Shown piece by piece: positions 1 through 9,851 of a stretch of 32,000 bases of DNA (its first letter is position 1; the number at the start of each line of letters is the position of its first letter). Source of the stretch: Pseudomonas aeruginosa (GTDB lineage Bacteria; Pseudomonadota; Gammaproteobacteria; Pseudomonadales; Pseudomonadaceae); the NCBI RefSeq assembly GCF_001457615.1, contig NZ_LN831024.1, positions 750,001-782,000 of the forward strand. The letters are read 5' to 3'. Made by a program: the position numbers and the translations under genes. The notes beneath the pieces were generated by a model that saw only the letters and a list, made by a program, of their open reading frames with translations, searched no databases and was not told where the DNA came from.

Positions 1-3000
1 CCGCCAGCCGCGCACCCGGCGCCTGGCATTCCAGCTTTCCGCCGGCGAGAGCCGGCGCCTGGAGCGTCTTGCCGCGCAGCATGGCGTGACCTTGTCCAGC
101 GTGTTCGGCTGCGCCTTCGCGCTGGTCCTGGCGCGCTGGAGCGAAAGCGCGGAATTTCTCCTCAACGTGCCGTTGTTCGATCGGCATGCCGACGACCCGC
201 GTATCGGCGAGGTGATCGCCGACTTCACCACCCTGTTGCTGCTGGAGTGCCGGATGCAGGCCGGGGTGTCCTTCGCCGAGGCGGTGAAGAGCTTCCAGCG
301 CAACCTCCACGGAGCCATCGACCACGCCGCATTCCCCGCCCTGGAGGTGCTCCGCGAGGCGCGCCGGCAGGGCCAGCCACGCTCGGCGCCGGTGGTGTTC
401 GCCAGCAACCTGGGCGAGGAGGGCTTCGTCCCGGCGGCCTTCCGCGACGCTTTCGGCGATCTCCACGACATGCTCTCGCAGACCCCGCAGGTCTGGCTCG
501 ACCACCAGCTCTACCGGGTGGGCGATGGTATCCTGCTGGCCTGGGACAGCGTCGTCGGCCTGTTCCCCGAAGGCCTGCCGGAAACCATGTTCGAAGCCTA
601 CGTGGGGCTGCTCCAGCGTCTCTGCGACAGCGCCTGGGAGCAGCCCGCCGATCTGCCGTTGCCCTGGGCGCAGCAGGCGCGCCGGGCCCTGCTCAACGGC
701 CAGCCGGCATGCGCCACGGCGCGCACCCTGCATCGCGACTTCTTCCTTCGCGCCGCCGAGGCGCCGGATGCCGACGCGCTGCTCTATCGCGACCAACGTG
801 TCACCCGCGGCGAACTGGCCGAGCGTGCGCTGCGCATCGCCGGCGGCCTGCGCGAAGCCGGGGTGCGCCCTGGCGACGCGGTCGAGGTCAGCCTGCCGCG
901 CGGACCGCAGCAGGTCGCGGCGGTATTCGGCGTGCTCGCCGCAGGCGCCTGCTACGTGCCGCTGGACATCGACCAGCCGCCCGCACGGCGGCGCCTGATC
1001 GAAGAGGCCGCCGGGGTATGCCTGGCGATCACCGAGGAGGACGATCCGCAGGCCTTGCCGCCGCGCCTGGATGTCCAGCGCCTGCTGCGCGGCCCGGCGC
1101 TGGCCGCCCCCGTGCCGCTGGCGCCGCAGGCGAGTGCCTATGTGATCTACACCTCGGGCTCCACCGGGGTGCCCAAGGGCGTCGAGGTCAGCCACGCGGC
1201 GGCGATCAATACCATCGACGCGCTGCTCGACCTGCTGCGGGTGGACGCATCGGACCGCTTGCTGGCGGTCTCCGCGCTGGACTTCGATCTGTCGGTCTTC
1301 GACCTGTTCGGCGGCCTCGGCGCCGGTGCCAGCCTGGTCCTGCCGGCCCAGGAACAGGCGCGCGATGCCGCTGCCTGGGCGGAGGCTATCCAGCGGCATG
1401 CGGTGAGCCTGTGGAACTCGGCGCCGGCCTTGCTGGAGATGGCCCTCAGCCTGCCGGCGAGCCAGGCCGACTATCGCAGTCTGCGGGCGGTGCTGCTGTC
1501 CGGCGACTGGGTGGCTCTGGACCTGCCCGGCCGCCTGCGCCCACGTTGTGCCGAAGGCTGCCGCCTGCATGTGCTGGGTGGCGCTACCGAAGCGGGCATC
1601 TGGTCGAACCTGCAGAGCGTCGATACGGTGCCGCCGCACTGGCGTTCGATTCCCTACGGCCGGCCATTGCCGGGACAGGCCTACCGGGTGGTCGACACCC
1701 ACGGGCGCGACGTGCCGGACCTGGTGGTCGGCGAGCTGTGGATCGGCGGCGCCAGCCTGGCCCGCAGCTATCGCAACGATCCCGAACTCAGCGCCCGGCG
1801 CTTCGTCCACGATGCCCAGGGCCGCTGGTATCGCACCGGCGATCGCGGTCGCTACTGGGGCGACGGTACCCTGGAATTCCTCGGTCGGGTCGACCAGCAG
1901 GTGAAAGTGCGCGGCCAGCGCATCGAGTTGGGCGAGGTGGAGGCCGCGCTGTGCGCCCAGGCTGGCGTGGAGAGCGCCTGCGCGGCGGTGCTCGGCGGTG
2001 GCGTGGCGAGCCTCGGCGCGGTGCTGGTACCGCGCCTGGCGCCACGGGCCGAAGGCTCCATGGAATTACCGGCCGCACAGCCCTTCGCCGGCCTGGCAGA
2101 GGCCGAGGCGGTACTCACCCGGGAAATCCTCGGCGCGCTGCTGGAGGCGCCGCTGGAGCTAGACGACGGTTTGCGCCGGCGCTGGCTGGACTGGCTAGCG
2201 GACTCCGCCGCCAGCGCGCTGCCGTCGCTCGACGAGGCGTTGCGCCGGCTCGGCTGGCAGGCCGCGGGGCTGACCGCGATGGGCAACGCTCTGCGCGGCC
2301 TGCTCGCCGGCGAACAGGCGCCGGCCGCGCTGCTCCTCGATCCCTGGCTGGCGCCGCAGGCGGTGGCCGCGCGCCTGCCGGACGGCCGCGAGGCCCTGGC
2401 GCGCCTGCTCGAAGCGCTGCCGACGCCGGCTGCCGGCGAACGCCTGCGGGTGGCGGTGCTGGATACCCGCGCCGGGCTCTGGCTCGACCAGGGCATGGCC
2501 TCGCTGTTGCGCCCGGGGCTGGAACTGACCCTCTTCGAACGCAGCCGCGTCCTCCTCGACGCCGCCGCCACCCGCTTGCCGGAACGGATCGTGGTGCAGG
2601 CGCTGGACGACGGCCTGCTACCTGCCGAGCACCTCGGTCGCTACGACCGGGTGATCAGCTTCGCCGCGCTGCACGCCTACGAGGCCAGCCGCGAAGGCCT
2701 GGCGCTGGCGGCGGCGCTGCTGCGCCCGCAGGGCCGCCTGTTGCTGGTGGACCTGCTATGCGAGTCGCCACTGGCGCTGCTCGGTGCGGCCTTGCTCGAC
2801 GACCGGCCGTTGCGCCTGGCGGAGTTGCCGAGCCTGTTGGCCGATCTCGCCGCTGCGGGACTGGCGCCGCGTTGCCTGTGGCGCAGCGAACGGCTCGCCC
2901 TGGTCGAGGCGCTGGCGCCGGGACTAGGGCTCGACGCCGCCGCGCTCCAGGCCGGCCTGGAGCAACGCCTGCCCCAGGCGATGCGGCCCGAACGCCTGTG

Positions 3001-3379
3001 GTGCCTGCCAAGCCTGCCGTTGAACGGCAATGGCAAGGTCGATCGTCGCCGCCTGGCCGAGAGCATGACCCGCGCACTCGGCGAGTGTCGTCACGAGCCC
3101 TCGGCGGAGGAGCCGCTGGAAGCCCATGAGCAAGCGCTGGCCGAGTGCTGGGAAGCGGTTCTCAAACGCCCGGTGCGTCGTCGCGAGGCGAGCTTCTTCA
3201 GCCTCGGCGGCGACAGCCTGCTGGCGACCCGCCTGCTGGCCGGCATACGTGAGCGTTTCGGCGTACGCCTGGGCATGGCCGACTTCTATCGCCAGCCGAC
3301 CCTGGCCGGTCTTGCCCGCCACTTGCAGGCGCAGACCGTCGAAATCGAGGAAACCCAACTGGAAGAGGGCGTGCTATGA
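1..3379 (+). CDS. pchE: Pyochelin synthetase PchE (dihydroaeruginoate synthetase), 3' part; 5' end lies outside the window. Contains the end of a cyclization domain, an adenylation domain with embedded MT-like epimerase, and a C-terminal carrier domain
   Basis: Frame 2 is open from position 2 (RQPRTRRLAFQLSAGESRRLERLAAQHG...) through the 1097-aa ORF 86..3379. Motifs: LSQTPQVWLD (Cy C-terminal), YVIYTSGSTGVPKG (A3), YRTGDRGRYWGDGTLEFLGRVDQQVKVRGQRIE (A7/A8), NGNGKVDRR (A10), LGGDSLLATRL (PCP). Stop overlaps pchF start (ATGA at 3376-3379). Confidence 0.96.
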   Translation, partial: RQPRTRRLAFQLSAGESRRLERLAAQHGVTLSSVFGCAFALVLARWSESAEFLLNVPLFDRHADDPRIGEVIADFTTLLLLECRMQAGVSFAEAVKSFQRNLHGAIDHAAFPALEVLREARRQGQPRSAPVVFASNLGEEGFVPAAFRDAFGDLHDMLSQTPQVWLDHQLYRVGDGILLAWDSVVGLFPEGLPETMFEAYVGLLQRLCDSAWEQPADLPLPWAQQARRALLNGQPACATARTLHRDFFLRAAEAPDADALLYRDQRVTRGELAERALRIAGGLREAGVRPGDAVEVSLPRGPQQVAAVFGVLAAGACYVPLDIDQPPARRRLIEEAAGVCLAITEEDDPQALPPRLDVQRLLRGPALAAPVPLAPQASAYVIYTSGSTGVPKGVEVSHAAAINTIDALLDLLRVDASDRLLAVSALDFDLSVFDLFGGLGAGASLVLPAQEQARDAAAWAEAIQRHAVSLWNSAPALLEMALSLPASQADYRSLRAVLLSGDWVALDLPGRLRPRCAEGCRLHVLGGATEAGIWSNLQSVDTVPPHWRSIPYGRPLPGQAYRVVDTHGRDVPDLVVGELWIGGASLARSYRNDPELSARRFVHDAQGRWYRTGDRGRYWGDGTLEFLGRVDQQVKVRGQRIELGEVEAALCAQAGVESACAAVLGGGVASLGAVLVPRLAPRAEGSMELPAAQPFAGLAEAEAVLTREILGALLEAPLELDDGLRRRWLDWLADSAASALPSLDEALRRLGWQAAGLTAMGNALRGLLAGEQAPAALLLDPWLAPQAVAARLPDGREALARLLEALPTPAAGERLRVAVLDTRAGLWLDQGMASLLRPGLELTLFERSRVLLDAAATRLPERIVVQALDDGLLPAEHLGRYDRVISFAALHAYEASREGLALAAALLRPQGRLLLVDLLCESPLALLGAALLDDRPLRLAELPSLLADLAAAGLAPRCLWRSERLALVEALAPGLGLDAAALQAGLEQRLPQAMRPERLWCLPSLPLNGNGKVDRRRLAESMTRALGECRHEPSAEEPLEAHEQALAECWEAVLKRPVRRREASFFSLGGDSLLATRLLAGIRERFGVRLGMADFYRQPTLAGLARHLQAQTVEIEETQLEEGVL

Positions 3380-6300
3380 GCCTCGGCGAACTGCTGGAAA
3401 CCTGCCGCAGCCGGCGCATCGAACTCTGGAGCGAGGCGGGCCGCCTGCGCTATCGCGCCCCACAGGGCGCCCTCGACGCCGGCCTCGCCGAGCGCCTGCG
3501 GGCCGAGCGCGAGGCCCTGCTGGAACACCTGGAAGGCGGCCCTGGCTGGCGCGCCGAACCCGACCTGGCCCACCAGCGCTTCCCATTGACCCCGGTGCAG
3601 GCCGCCTACGTGCTGGGCCGCCAGGCGGCCTTCGACTACGGCGGTAACGCCTGCCAGCTGTACGCCGAGTACGACTGGCCGGTCGACACCGATCCGGCGC
3701 GCCTGGAGGCGGCCTGGAACGCCATGGTCGAGCGCCACCCGATGCTGCGCGCGGTGATCGAGGACAACGCCTGGCAGCGCGTGCTGCCCGAGGTGCCCTG
3801 GCAGCGGCTGACCGTGCATGCCTGCGCGGGGCTCGACGAGGCCGCTTTCCAGGCGCACCTGGAGCGGGTCCGCGAACGCCTCGACCACGCCTGCGCGGCA
3901 CTCGACCAGTGGCCGGTCCTGCGCCCCGAGCTGAGTATCGGCCGGGATGCCTGCGTACTGCACTGCTCGGTGGATTTCACCCTGGTCGACTACGCCAGCC
4001 TGCAATTGCTGCTTGGCGAATGGCGCCGCCGCTATCTCGATCCGCAATGGACGGCGGAACCGCTGGAGGCGACCTTCCGCGACTATGTCGGCGTCGAGCA
4101 GCGCCGACGCCAGTCGCCAGCCTGGCAGCGCGACCGCGACTGGTGGCTGGCGCGTCTCGACGCGCTACCGGGGCGTCCCGACCTGCCGCTGCGGGTGCAG
4201 CCGGACACCCGGTCCACGCGCTTCCGGCACTTCCACGCGCGCCTCGACGAGGCCGCCTGGCAGGCGCTCGGCGCGCGCGCCGGCGAACACGGCCTGAGCG
4301 CTGCCGGCGTGGCCCTGGCGGCCTTCGCCGAGACCATCGGTCGCTGGAGCCAGGCACCGGCGTTCTGTCTCAACCTGACGGTACTCAACCGGCCGCCGCT
4401 GCATCCGCAGCTGGCGCAGGTGCTCGGTGACTTCACCGCGCTCAGCCTGCTGGCAGTGGACAGCCGCCACGGCGACAGTTTCGTCGAGCGTGCCCGACGC
4501 ATCGGCGAGCAGATGTTCGACGACCTCGACCACCCGACCTTCAGCGGCGTCGACCTGCTGCGCGAACTGGCGCGCCGGCGTGGTCGCGGCGCCGACCTGA
4601 TGCCGGTGGTGTTCACCAGTGGCATCGGCAGTGTGCAGCGCCTGCTCGGCGATGGCGAGGCGCCGCGCGCGCCACGCTACATGATCAGCCAGACCCCGCA
4701 GGTCTGGCTGGACTGCCAGGTCACCGACCAGTTCGGCGGCCTGGAGATCGGCTGGGACGTACGCCTCGGGTTGTTCCCCGAGGGCCAGGCGGAAGCCATG
4801 TTCGACGACTTCGTCGGGCTGCTCCGGCGCCTGGCGCAGAGCCCGCGCGCCTGGACCGACGGCGATGCCACGGAACCCGTCGAGGCGCCGCCGCAGGCGT
4901 TGCCCGGTAGTGCCCGGAGCATCGCCGCCGGTTTCGCCGAGCGTGCCCTGCTGACCCCCGACGCCACGGTGATCCACGATGCCGCCGGCAGCTACAGCTA
5001 CCGCCAGGTCGCCCAGCACGCCAGCGCCCTGCGCCGCGTCCTGGAAGCGCACGGCGCGGGCCGTGGCCGGCGGGTCGCGGTGATGCTGCCGAAAAGCGCC
5101 GCGCAATTGGTCGCGGTGATCGGCATCCTCCAGGCCGGCGCCGCCTATGTGCCGGTAGACATCCGCCAGCCTCCGCTGCGGCGCCAGGCGATCCTCGCCA
5201 GCGCCGAAGTGGTCGCGCTGGTTTGCCTGGAAAGCGATGTCCCGGACGTCGGCTGCGCCTGCGTGGCCATCGACCGGCTGGCCGCCGACAGCGCCTGGCC
5301 GCCACCGCACGCGGCGGAGGTGGCGGCGGACGACCTCGCCTACGTGATCTACACCTCCGGCTCCACCGGCACGCCCAAGGGCGTGATGCTCAGCCATGCG
5401 GCGGTGAGTAACACGCTGCTCGACATCAACCAGCGCTACGGCGTCGACGCCAACGACCGCGTCCTCGGCCTCGCCGAGCTGAGCTTCGACCTCTCGGTCT
5501 ACGACTTCTTCGGCGCCACCGCGGCGGGGGCCCAGGTGGTCCTGCCGGACCCGGCGCGCGGCAGCGATCCATCGCACTGGGCGGAACTGCTGGAACGCCA
5601 CGCCATCACCCTGTGGAACTCGGTGCCGGCCCAAGGCCAGATGCTCATCGATTACCTGGAGAGCGAGCCGCAACGTCACCTGCCGGGACCGCGCTGCGTG
5701 CTCTGGTCCGGTGACTGGATTCCGGTCAGCCTGCCGACCCGCTGGTGGCGGCGCTGGCCGGACAGCGCGCTGTTCAGCCTGGGCGGCGCCACCGAGGCGG
5801 CGATCTGGTCGATCGAGCAGCCGATCCGCCCGCAGCACACCGAGCTGGCCAGCATCCCTTATGGCCGTGCCCTGCGTGGGCAGAGCGTGGAAGTCCTGGA
5901 TGCCCGCGGGCGGCGCTGCCCGCCGGGCGTGCGCGGCGAGATCCATATCGGCGGGGTGGGCCTGGCGCTCGGCTACGCCGGCGATCCGCAGCGCACCGCC
6001 GAACGCTTCGTCCGTCACCCCGATGGCCGTCGCCTGTATCGCACCGGCGACCTCGGCCGCTACCTGGCCGACGGCAGCATCGAGTTCCTCGGCCGCGAGG
6101 ACGACCAGGTGAAGATTCGCGGCCACCGCATCGAACTGGCCGAACTGGACGCCGCGCTGTGCGCTCATCCGCAGGTCAACCTGGCGGCCACCGTGGTGCT
6201 CGGCGAGACCCACGAGCGCAGCCTGGCCAGCTTCGTCACCCTGCATGCGCCGGTGGAGGCTGGCGAGGATCCGCGTACGGCGCTCGACGCGGTGCGCCAG

Positions 6301-8805
6301 CGGGCGGCCCAGGCCTTGCGCCGCGACTGGGGCAGCGAGGAGGGCATCGCCGCGGCGGTGGCCGCACTCGACCGTGCCTGCCTCGCCTCGTTGGCCGCCT
6401 GGCTGGCCGGCAGCGGTCTGTTCGCCAGTGCGACGCCGCTGGACTTCGCCACCCTGTGCCAGCGCCTGGGTATCGCCGAGGCGCGCCAGCGCCTGCTGCG
6501 CCACTGGTTGCGCCAGCTGGAGGAGGGCGGCTACCTGCGCGCCGAGGGCGAGGGCTGGCTGGGCTGCGCCGAGCGTCCCGCGCAGAGTCCGGAGGACGCC
6601 TGGACGGCGTTCGCCGGCTGCGCGCCGGCGGCGCTCTGGCCGGCCGAGCTGGTCGCCTACCTGCGTGACAGCGCGCAATCCCTCGGCGAGCAACTGGCCG
6701 GGCGGATCAGCCCGGCGGCGCTGATGTTCCCGCAGGGCTCGGCGCGCATCGCCGAGGCCATGTACAGCCAGGGCCTGCATGCCCAGGCGCTGCACGAGGC
6801 CATGGCCGAGGCCATCGCCGCCATCGTCGAGCGCCAGCCGCAACGGCGCTGGCGCCTGCTGGAGCTTGGCGCCGGCACCGCCGCCGCCAGCCGTGCGGTG
6901 ATCGCCCGGTTGGCGCCGCTGGTGCAGCGAGGGGCGGAGGTGGACTACCTGTTCACCGACGTTTCCAGCTACTTCCTCGCCGCAGCCCGCGAGCGCTTCG
7001 TCGACCAGCCGTGGGTACGCTTCGGCCGCTTCGACATGAACGGCGATCTTCTCGACCAGGGCGTGGCGCCGCACTCGGTGGATATCCTGCTCAGCTCCGG
7101 GGCCTTGAACAACGCGCTGGACACCCCGGCGCTGCTGGCCGGCCTGCGCGAGTTGCTGAGCGCCGACGCCTGGCTGGTGATCCAGGAACTGACGCGCGAG
7201 CACAACGAGATCAGTGTCAGCCAGAGCCTGATGATGGAGAACCCGCGCGACCTCCGCGACGAGCGCCGCCAACTGTTCGTCCACACCGGGCAATGGCTGG
7301 AGTGGCTGGCGGCACAGGGTGGCGACCTGGCTTGTGGGGTGGTGCCGCCGGGCAGCGCTCTCGACCTGCTTGGCTACGATGTCCTGCTGGCTCGCTGCAA
7401 GACCGACCGCGCCCGCCTGGAGCCGGCCGAGCTGCTGGCCTTCGTCGAAGCGCGGGTGCCGCGCTACATGCTCCCGGCGCAGTTGCGCGTGCTCGAACGC
7501 CTGCCGGTCACCGGCAACGGCAAGATCGACCGCAAGGCCCTGACCGGCTTTGCCCGCCAGCCCCAGGCGGACCTTCGGCATGGCGTCGCGCAGGCACCGG
7601 CCGACGAACTGGAGAATGCGCTGCTGGCACTCTGGCGGGAGGTGCTGGACAACCCGTCGCTGGGCGTCGAGCAAGACTTCTTCGGGGCTGGCGGCGACTC
7701 GCTGTTGATCGCCCAGTTGATCGCCCGTTTGCGCGAACGACTGGAAAGCGCCCGTCGGCATCCGTTCGATCGCCTGCTACGCTGGGCGCTCAGCCAGCCG
7801 ACGCCGCGCGGCCTGGCCGAACGCCTGCGCAGCGCGCCGGAAGAGGGCCGTGGGCCAGCCCTGGCCGCGGCGCGCGGCGTCGCCCCGGCGCAGGCCGGCA
7901 TGTCGCGCGCACCGCTCGCCGAGGGCGCGGTGGCGCTCGACCCGCTGGTGCGCCTGGTGCCCGGCGAGGGCGTGCCGCGGGTGCTGGTCCACGAAGGCCT
8001 CGGCACGCTACTGCCGTACCGCCCGCTGCTTCGCGCCCTGGGTGAGGGGCGGCCGTTGCTGGGGCTGGCCGTGCATGACAGCGACGCCTACCTGGCGATC
8101 CCCGCCGAGCATCTCAACGCCTGCCTCGGCCGCCGCTACGCCGAGGCGCTCCATCGCGCCGGGCTGCGTGAGGTCGACCTGCTCGGCTACTGCTCCGGCG
8201 GGCTGGTCGCCCTGGAGACCGCCAAGTCCCTGGTCCAGCGCGGGGTGCGCGTGCGCCAACTGGATATCGTCTCCAGCTACCGGATTCCCTACCGGGTGGA
8301 CGACGAGCGCCTGCTGTTGTTCAGCTTCGCCGCGACCCTCGGCCTGGATACCGCGGCGCTCGGCTTCCCCGCGCCGGAACGTCTCGGCCAGGCGGTGCAG
8401 GCGGCGCTCGCGCAGACACCGGAGCGCCTGGTCGCCGAGGCGCTGGCGGGGCTGCCGGGCCTGGCCGATCTCGTCGCCCTGCGCGGCCGCGTGCTACAGG
8501 CGGCCAGCGGTAGCGCCGACGCCGCCAGCGTCGAACGCGACACCCTCTACCGACTGTTCTGTCACTCGGTGCGTGCCAGCCAGGCCGCGGCGCCGGAGCC
8601 CTACGTCGGCGCGCTGCGGCTGTTCGTGCCGGACGCCGGCAACCCATTGGTGCCGCGCTACGCCGAGGCCCTGGAGACCCAATGGCGGGCCGCCGCGCTC
8701 GGCGCGTGCGGCATCCACGAGGTGCCCGGCGGGCACTTCGACTGCCTGGGCGAAGCCCTGGCGCAATCCTTGTCGAAACCCATGCCAGAGGAGGCGAGCC
8801 GATGA
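3376..8805 (+). CDS. pchF: Pyochelin synthetase PchF (Cy-A-[N-MT]-PCP-TE NRPS)
   Basis: 1809-aa ORF. Cy motif DFTLVDYAS, SQTPQVWLD, YVIYTSGSTGTPKG (A3), RWRLLELGAGTAAASRAV (SAM-binding MT), NGKIDRKAL (A10), GAGGDSLLIAQL (PCP), and LLGYCSGGLVALE (TE). Confidence 0.97.
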   Translation: MSLGELLETCRSRRIELWSEAGRLRYRAPQGALDAGLAERLRAEREALLEHLEGGPGWRAEPDLAHQRFPLTPVQAAYVLGRQAAFDYGGNACQLYAEYDWPVDTDPARLEAAWNAMVERHPMLRAVIEDNAWQRVLPEVPWQRLTVHACAGLDEAAFQAHLERVRERLDHACAALDQWPVLRPELSIGRDACVLHCSVDFTLVDYASLQLLLGEWRRRYLDPQWTAEPLEATFRDYVGVEQRRRQSPAWQRDRDWWLARLDALPGRPDLPLRVQPDTRSTRFRHFHARLDEAAWQALGARAGEHGLSAAGVALAAFAETIGRWSQAPAFCLNLTVLNRPPLHPQLAQVLGDFTALSLLAVDSRHGDSFVERARRIGEQMFDDLDHPTFSGVDLLRELARRRGRGADLMPVVFTSGIGSVQRLLGDGEAPRAPRYMISQTPQVWLDCQVTDQFGGLEIGWDVRLGLFPEGQAEAMFDDFVGLLRRLAQSPRAWTDGDATEPVEAPPQALPGSARSIAAGFAERALLTPDATVIHDAAGSYSYRQVAQHASALRRVLEAHGAGRGRRVAVMLPKSAAQLVAVIGILQAGAAYVPVDIRQPPLRRQAILASAEVVALVCLESDVPDVGCACVAIDRLAADSAWPPPHAAEVAADDLAYVIYTSGSTGTPKGVMLSHAAVSNTLLDINQRYGVDANDRVLGLAELSFDLSVYDFFGATAAGAQVVLPDPARGSDPSHWAELLERHAITLWNSVPAQGQMLIDYLESEPQRHLPGPRCVLWSGDWIPVSLPTRWWRRWPDSALFSLGGATEAAIWSIEQPIRPQHTELASIPYGRALRGQSVEVLDARGRRCPPGVRGEIHIGGVGLALGYAGDPQRTAERFVRHPDGRRLYRTGDLGRYLADGSIEFLGREDDQVKIRGHRIELAELDAALCAHPQVNLAATVVLGETHERSLASFVTLHAPVEAGEDPRTALDAVRQRAAQALRRDWGSEEGIAAAVAALDRACLASLAAWLAGSGLFASATPLDFATLCQRLGIAEARQRLLRHWLRQLEEGGYLRAEGEGWLGCAERPAQSPEDAWTAFAGCAPAALWPAELVAYLRDSAQSLGEQLAGRISPAALMFPQGSARIAEAMYSQGLHAQALHEAMAEAIAAIVERQPQRRWRLLELGAGTAAASRAVIARLAPLVQRGAEVDYLFTDVSSYFLAAARERFVDQPWVRFGRFDMNGDLLDQGVAPHSVDILLSSGALNNALDTPALLAGLRELLSADAWLVIQELTREHNEISVSQSLMMENPRDLRDERRQLFVHTGQWLEWLAAQGGDLACGVVPPGSALDLLGYDVLLARCKTDRARLEPAELLAFVEARVPRYMLPAQLRVLERLPVTGNGKIDRKALTGFARQPQADLRHGVAQAPADELENALLALWREVLDNPSLGVEQDFFGAGGDSLLIAQLIARLRERLESARRHPFDRLLRWALSQPTPRGLAERLRSAPEEGRGPALAAARGVAPAQAGMSRAPLAEGAVALDPLVRLVPGEGVPRVLVHEGLGTLLPYRPLLRALGEGRPLLGLAVHDSDAYLAIPAEHLNACLGRRYAEALHRAGLREVDLLGYCSGGLVALETAKSLVQRGVRVRQLDIVSSYRIPYRVDDERLLLFSFAATLGLDTAALGFPAPERLGQAVQAALAQTPERLVAEALAGLPGLADLVALRGRVLQAASGSADAASVERDTLYRLFCHSVRASQAAAPEPYVGALRLFVPDAGNPLVPRYAEALETQWRAAALGACGIHEVPGGHFDCLGEALAQSLSKPMPEEASR

Positions 8806-9851
8806 GCGACGTCCGTTCCGTGGTGGTCGCCGGTTCCCGGTTCGGCCAGTTCTATGCCGCCGGCGTCGCCGCCGATCCGCGCTTCGTCCTGCGCGGCATC
8901 CTTGGCCAGGGCAGCCGGCGTTCGCGGGCGTTGGCCGAGCGCCTCGGGGTGGAGACCTGGTGCGAGGTCGAGGCGTTGCCCGACGATGTCCGCCTGGCCT
9001 GCGTCGCGGTCGGCGGCGCGGCACGCGGCGAGCAGGGCCCGGCGCTGGCCGAGGCGCTGATGGCGCGTGGCATCGACGTGCTGATCGAGCATCCGTTGCT
9101 GCCGCGCGAATGGCAGGACCTGCTGCGCAGCGCCGAGCGCCTGGGCCGGCGCTGCCTGCTCAACACCTTCTATCCGCAGTTGCCGGCGGTGGCGCGTTTC
9201 ATCGAGCTGGGCCGCCAGTTGCATCGCCGGCGCGGCATCCGCCACCTGGACGCGGCCTGCGGGGTGCAGGTCGGTTTCGCCACCCTGGACATCCTCGCCG
9301 CGTTGCTGGAGGGCGTCGGCCCCTGGTCGCTGGAGTCGCCCTCGAACGACCTGTCGGCGATGCGCGGGCTGTCCCTGGTGCTGGCGGAAGTGCCGTTGAG
9401 CCTGCACGTGCTCAACGAACTGGCGGCCGCCGACGACGGGCGCATGACCTTGTTGCAGCGCGTCAGCCTGACCACCGATCGCGGCACGCTGAGCCTGCTC
9501 AGCCCCCATGGCCCGTTGTTGTGGACGCCTGCGGTGGCGGTACCGGCAGAGGATGACGACGGCCTGTTCGCGCTGTTCGACGAGATAGCCGGCGAACCGC
9601 TGCCCAGCGCCCAGCTCTGGTATGCCGAACCGTGCAGCTGGGCCCAGGTGCACCAGCGCCTGTGGCCGGCGGCGGCGGCCGAGGCGCTGGCGCTGCTCGC
9701 CAACGGCGACGAGGTGCGCCGGCGCAACCAGCGCAGCCTGGAGGTCGCCGCCCTGTGGCAGCGGATCGGCGAGCGCCTTGGCTTCCCCGAGGCGCCGCCG
9801 GCGTCGCTGGCGCCGGCGAGCCTGGAACAGGTGCTGGAGCAAGCCTCGTGA
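8802..9851 (+). CDS. pchG: Pyochelin biosynthesis thiazolinyl imide (imine) reductase PchG
   Basis: 349-aa oxidoreductase-like ORF MSDVRSVVVAGSRFGQFYAAGVAADPRF..., ATGA overlap with pchF, and position in the pchEFGHI order. Confidence 0.95.
   Translation: MSDVRSVVVAGSRFGQFYAAGVAADPRFVLRGILGQGSRRSRALAERLGVETWCEVEALPDDVRLACVAVGGAARGEQGPALAEALMARGIDVLIEHPLLPREWQDLLRSAERLGRRCLLNTFYPQLPAVARFIELGRQLHRRRGIRHLDAACGVQVGFATLDILAALLEGVGPWSLESPSNDLSAMRGLSLVLAEVPLSLHVLNELAAADDGRMTLLQRVSLTTDRGTLSLLSPHGPLLWTPAVAVPAEDDDGLFALFDEIAGEPLPSAQLWYAEPCSWAQVHQRLWPAAAAEALALLANGDEVRRRNQRSLEVAALWQRIGERLGFPEAPPASLAPASLEQVLEQAS

Noticed and set aside
4165-7761. 1198-aa ORF on the - strand opposite pchF
   Set aside because: Antisense shadow ORF typical of high-GC Pseudomonas DNA. 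The + strand encodes the clear PchF NRPS domains.
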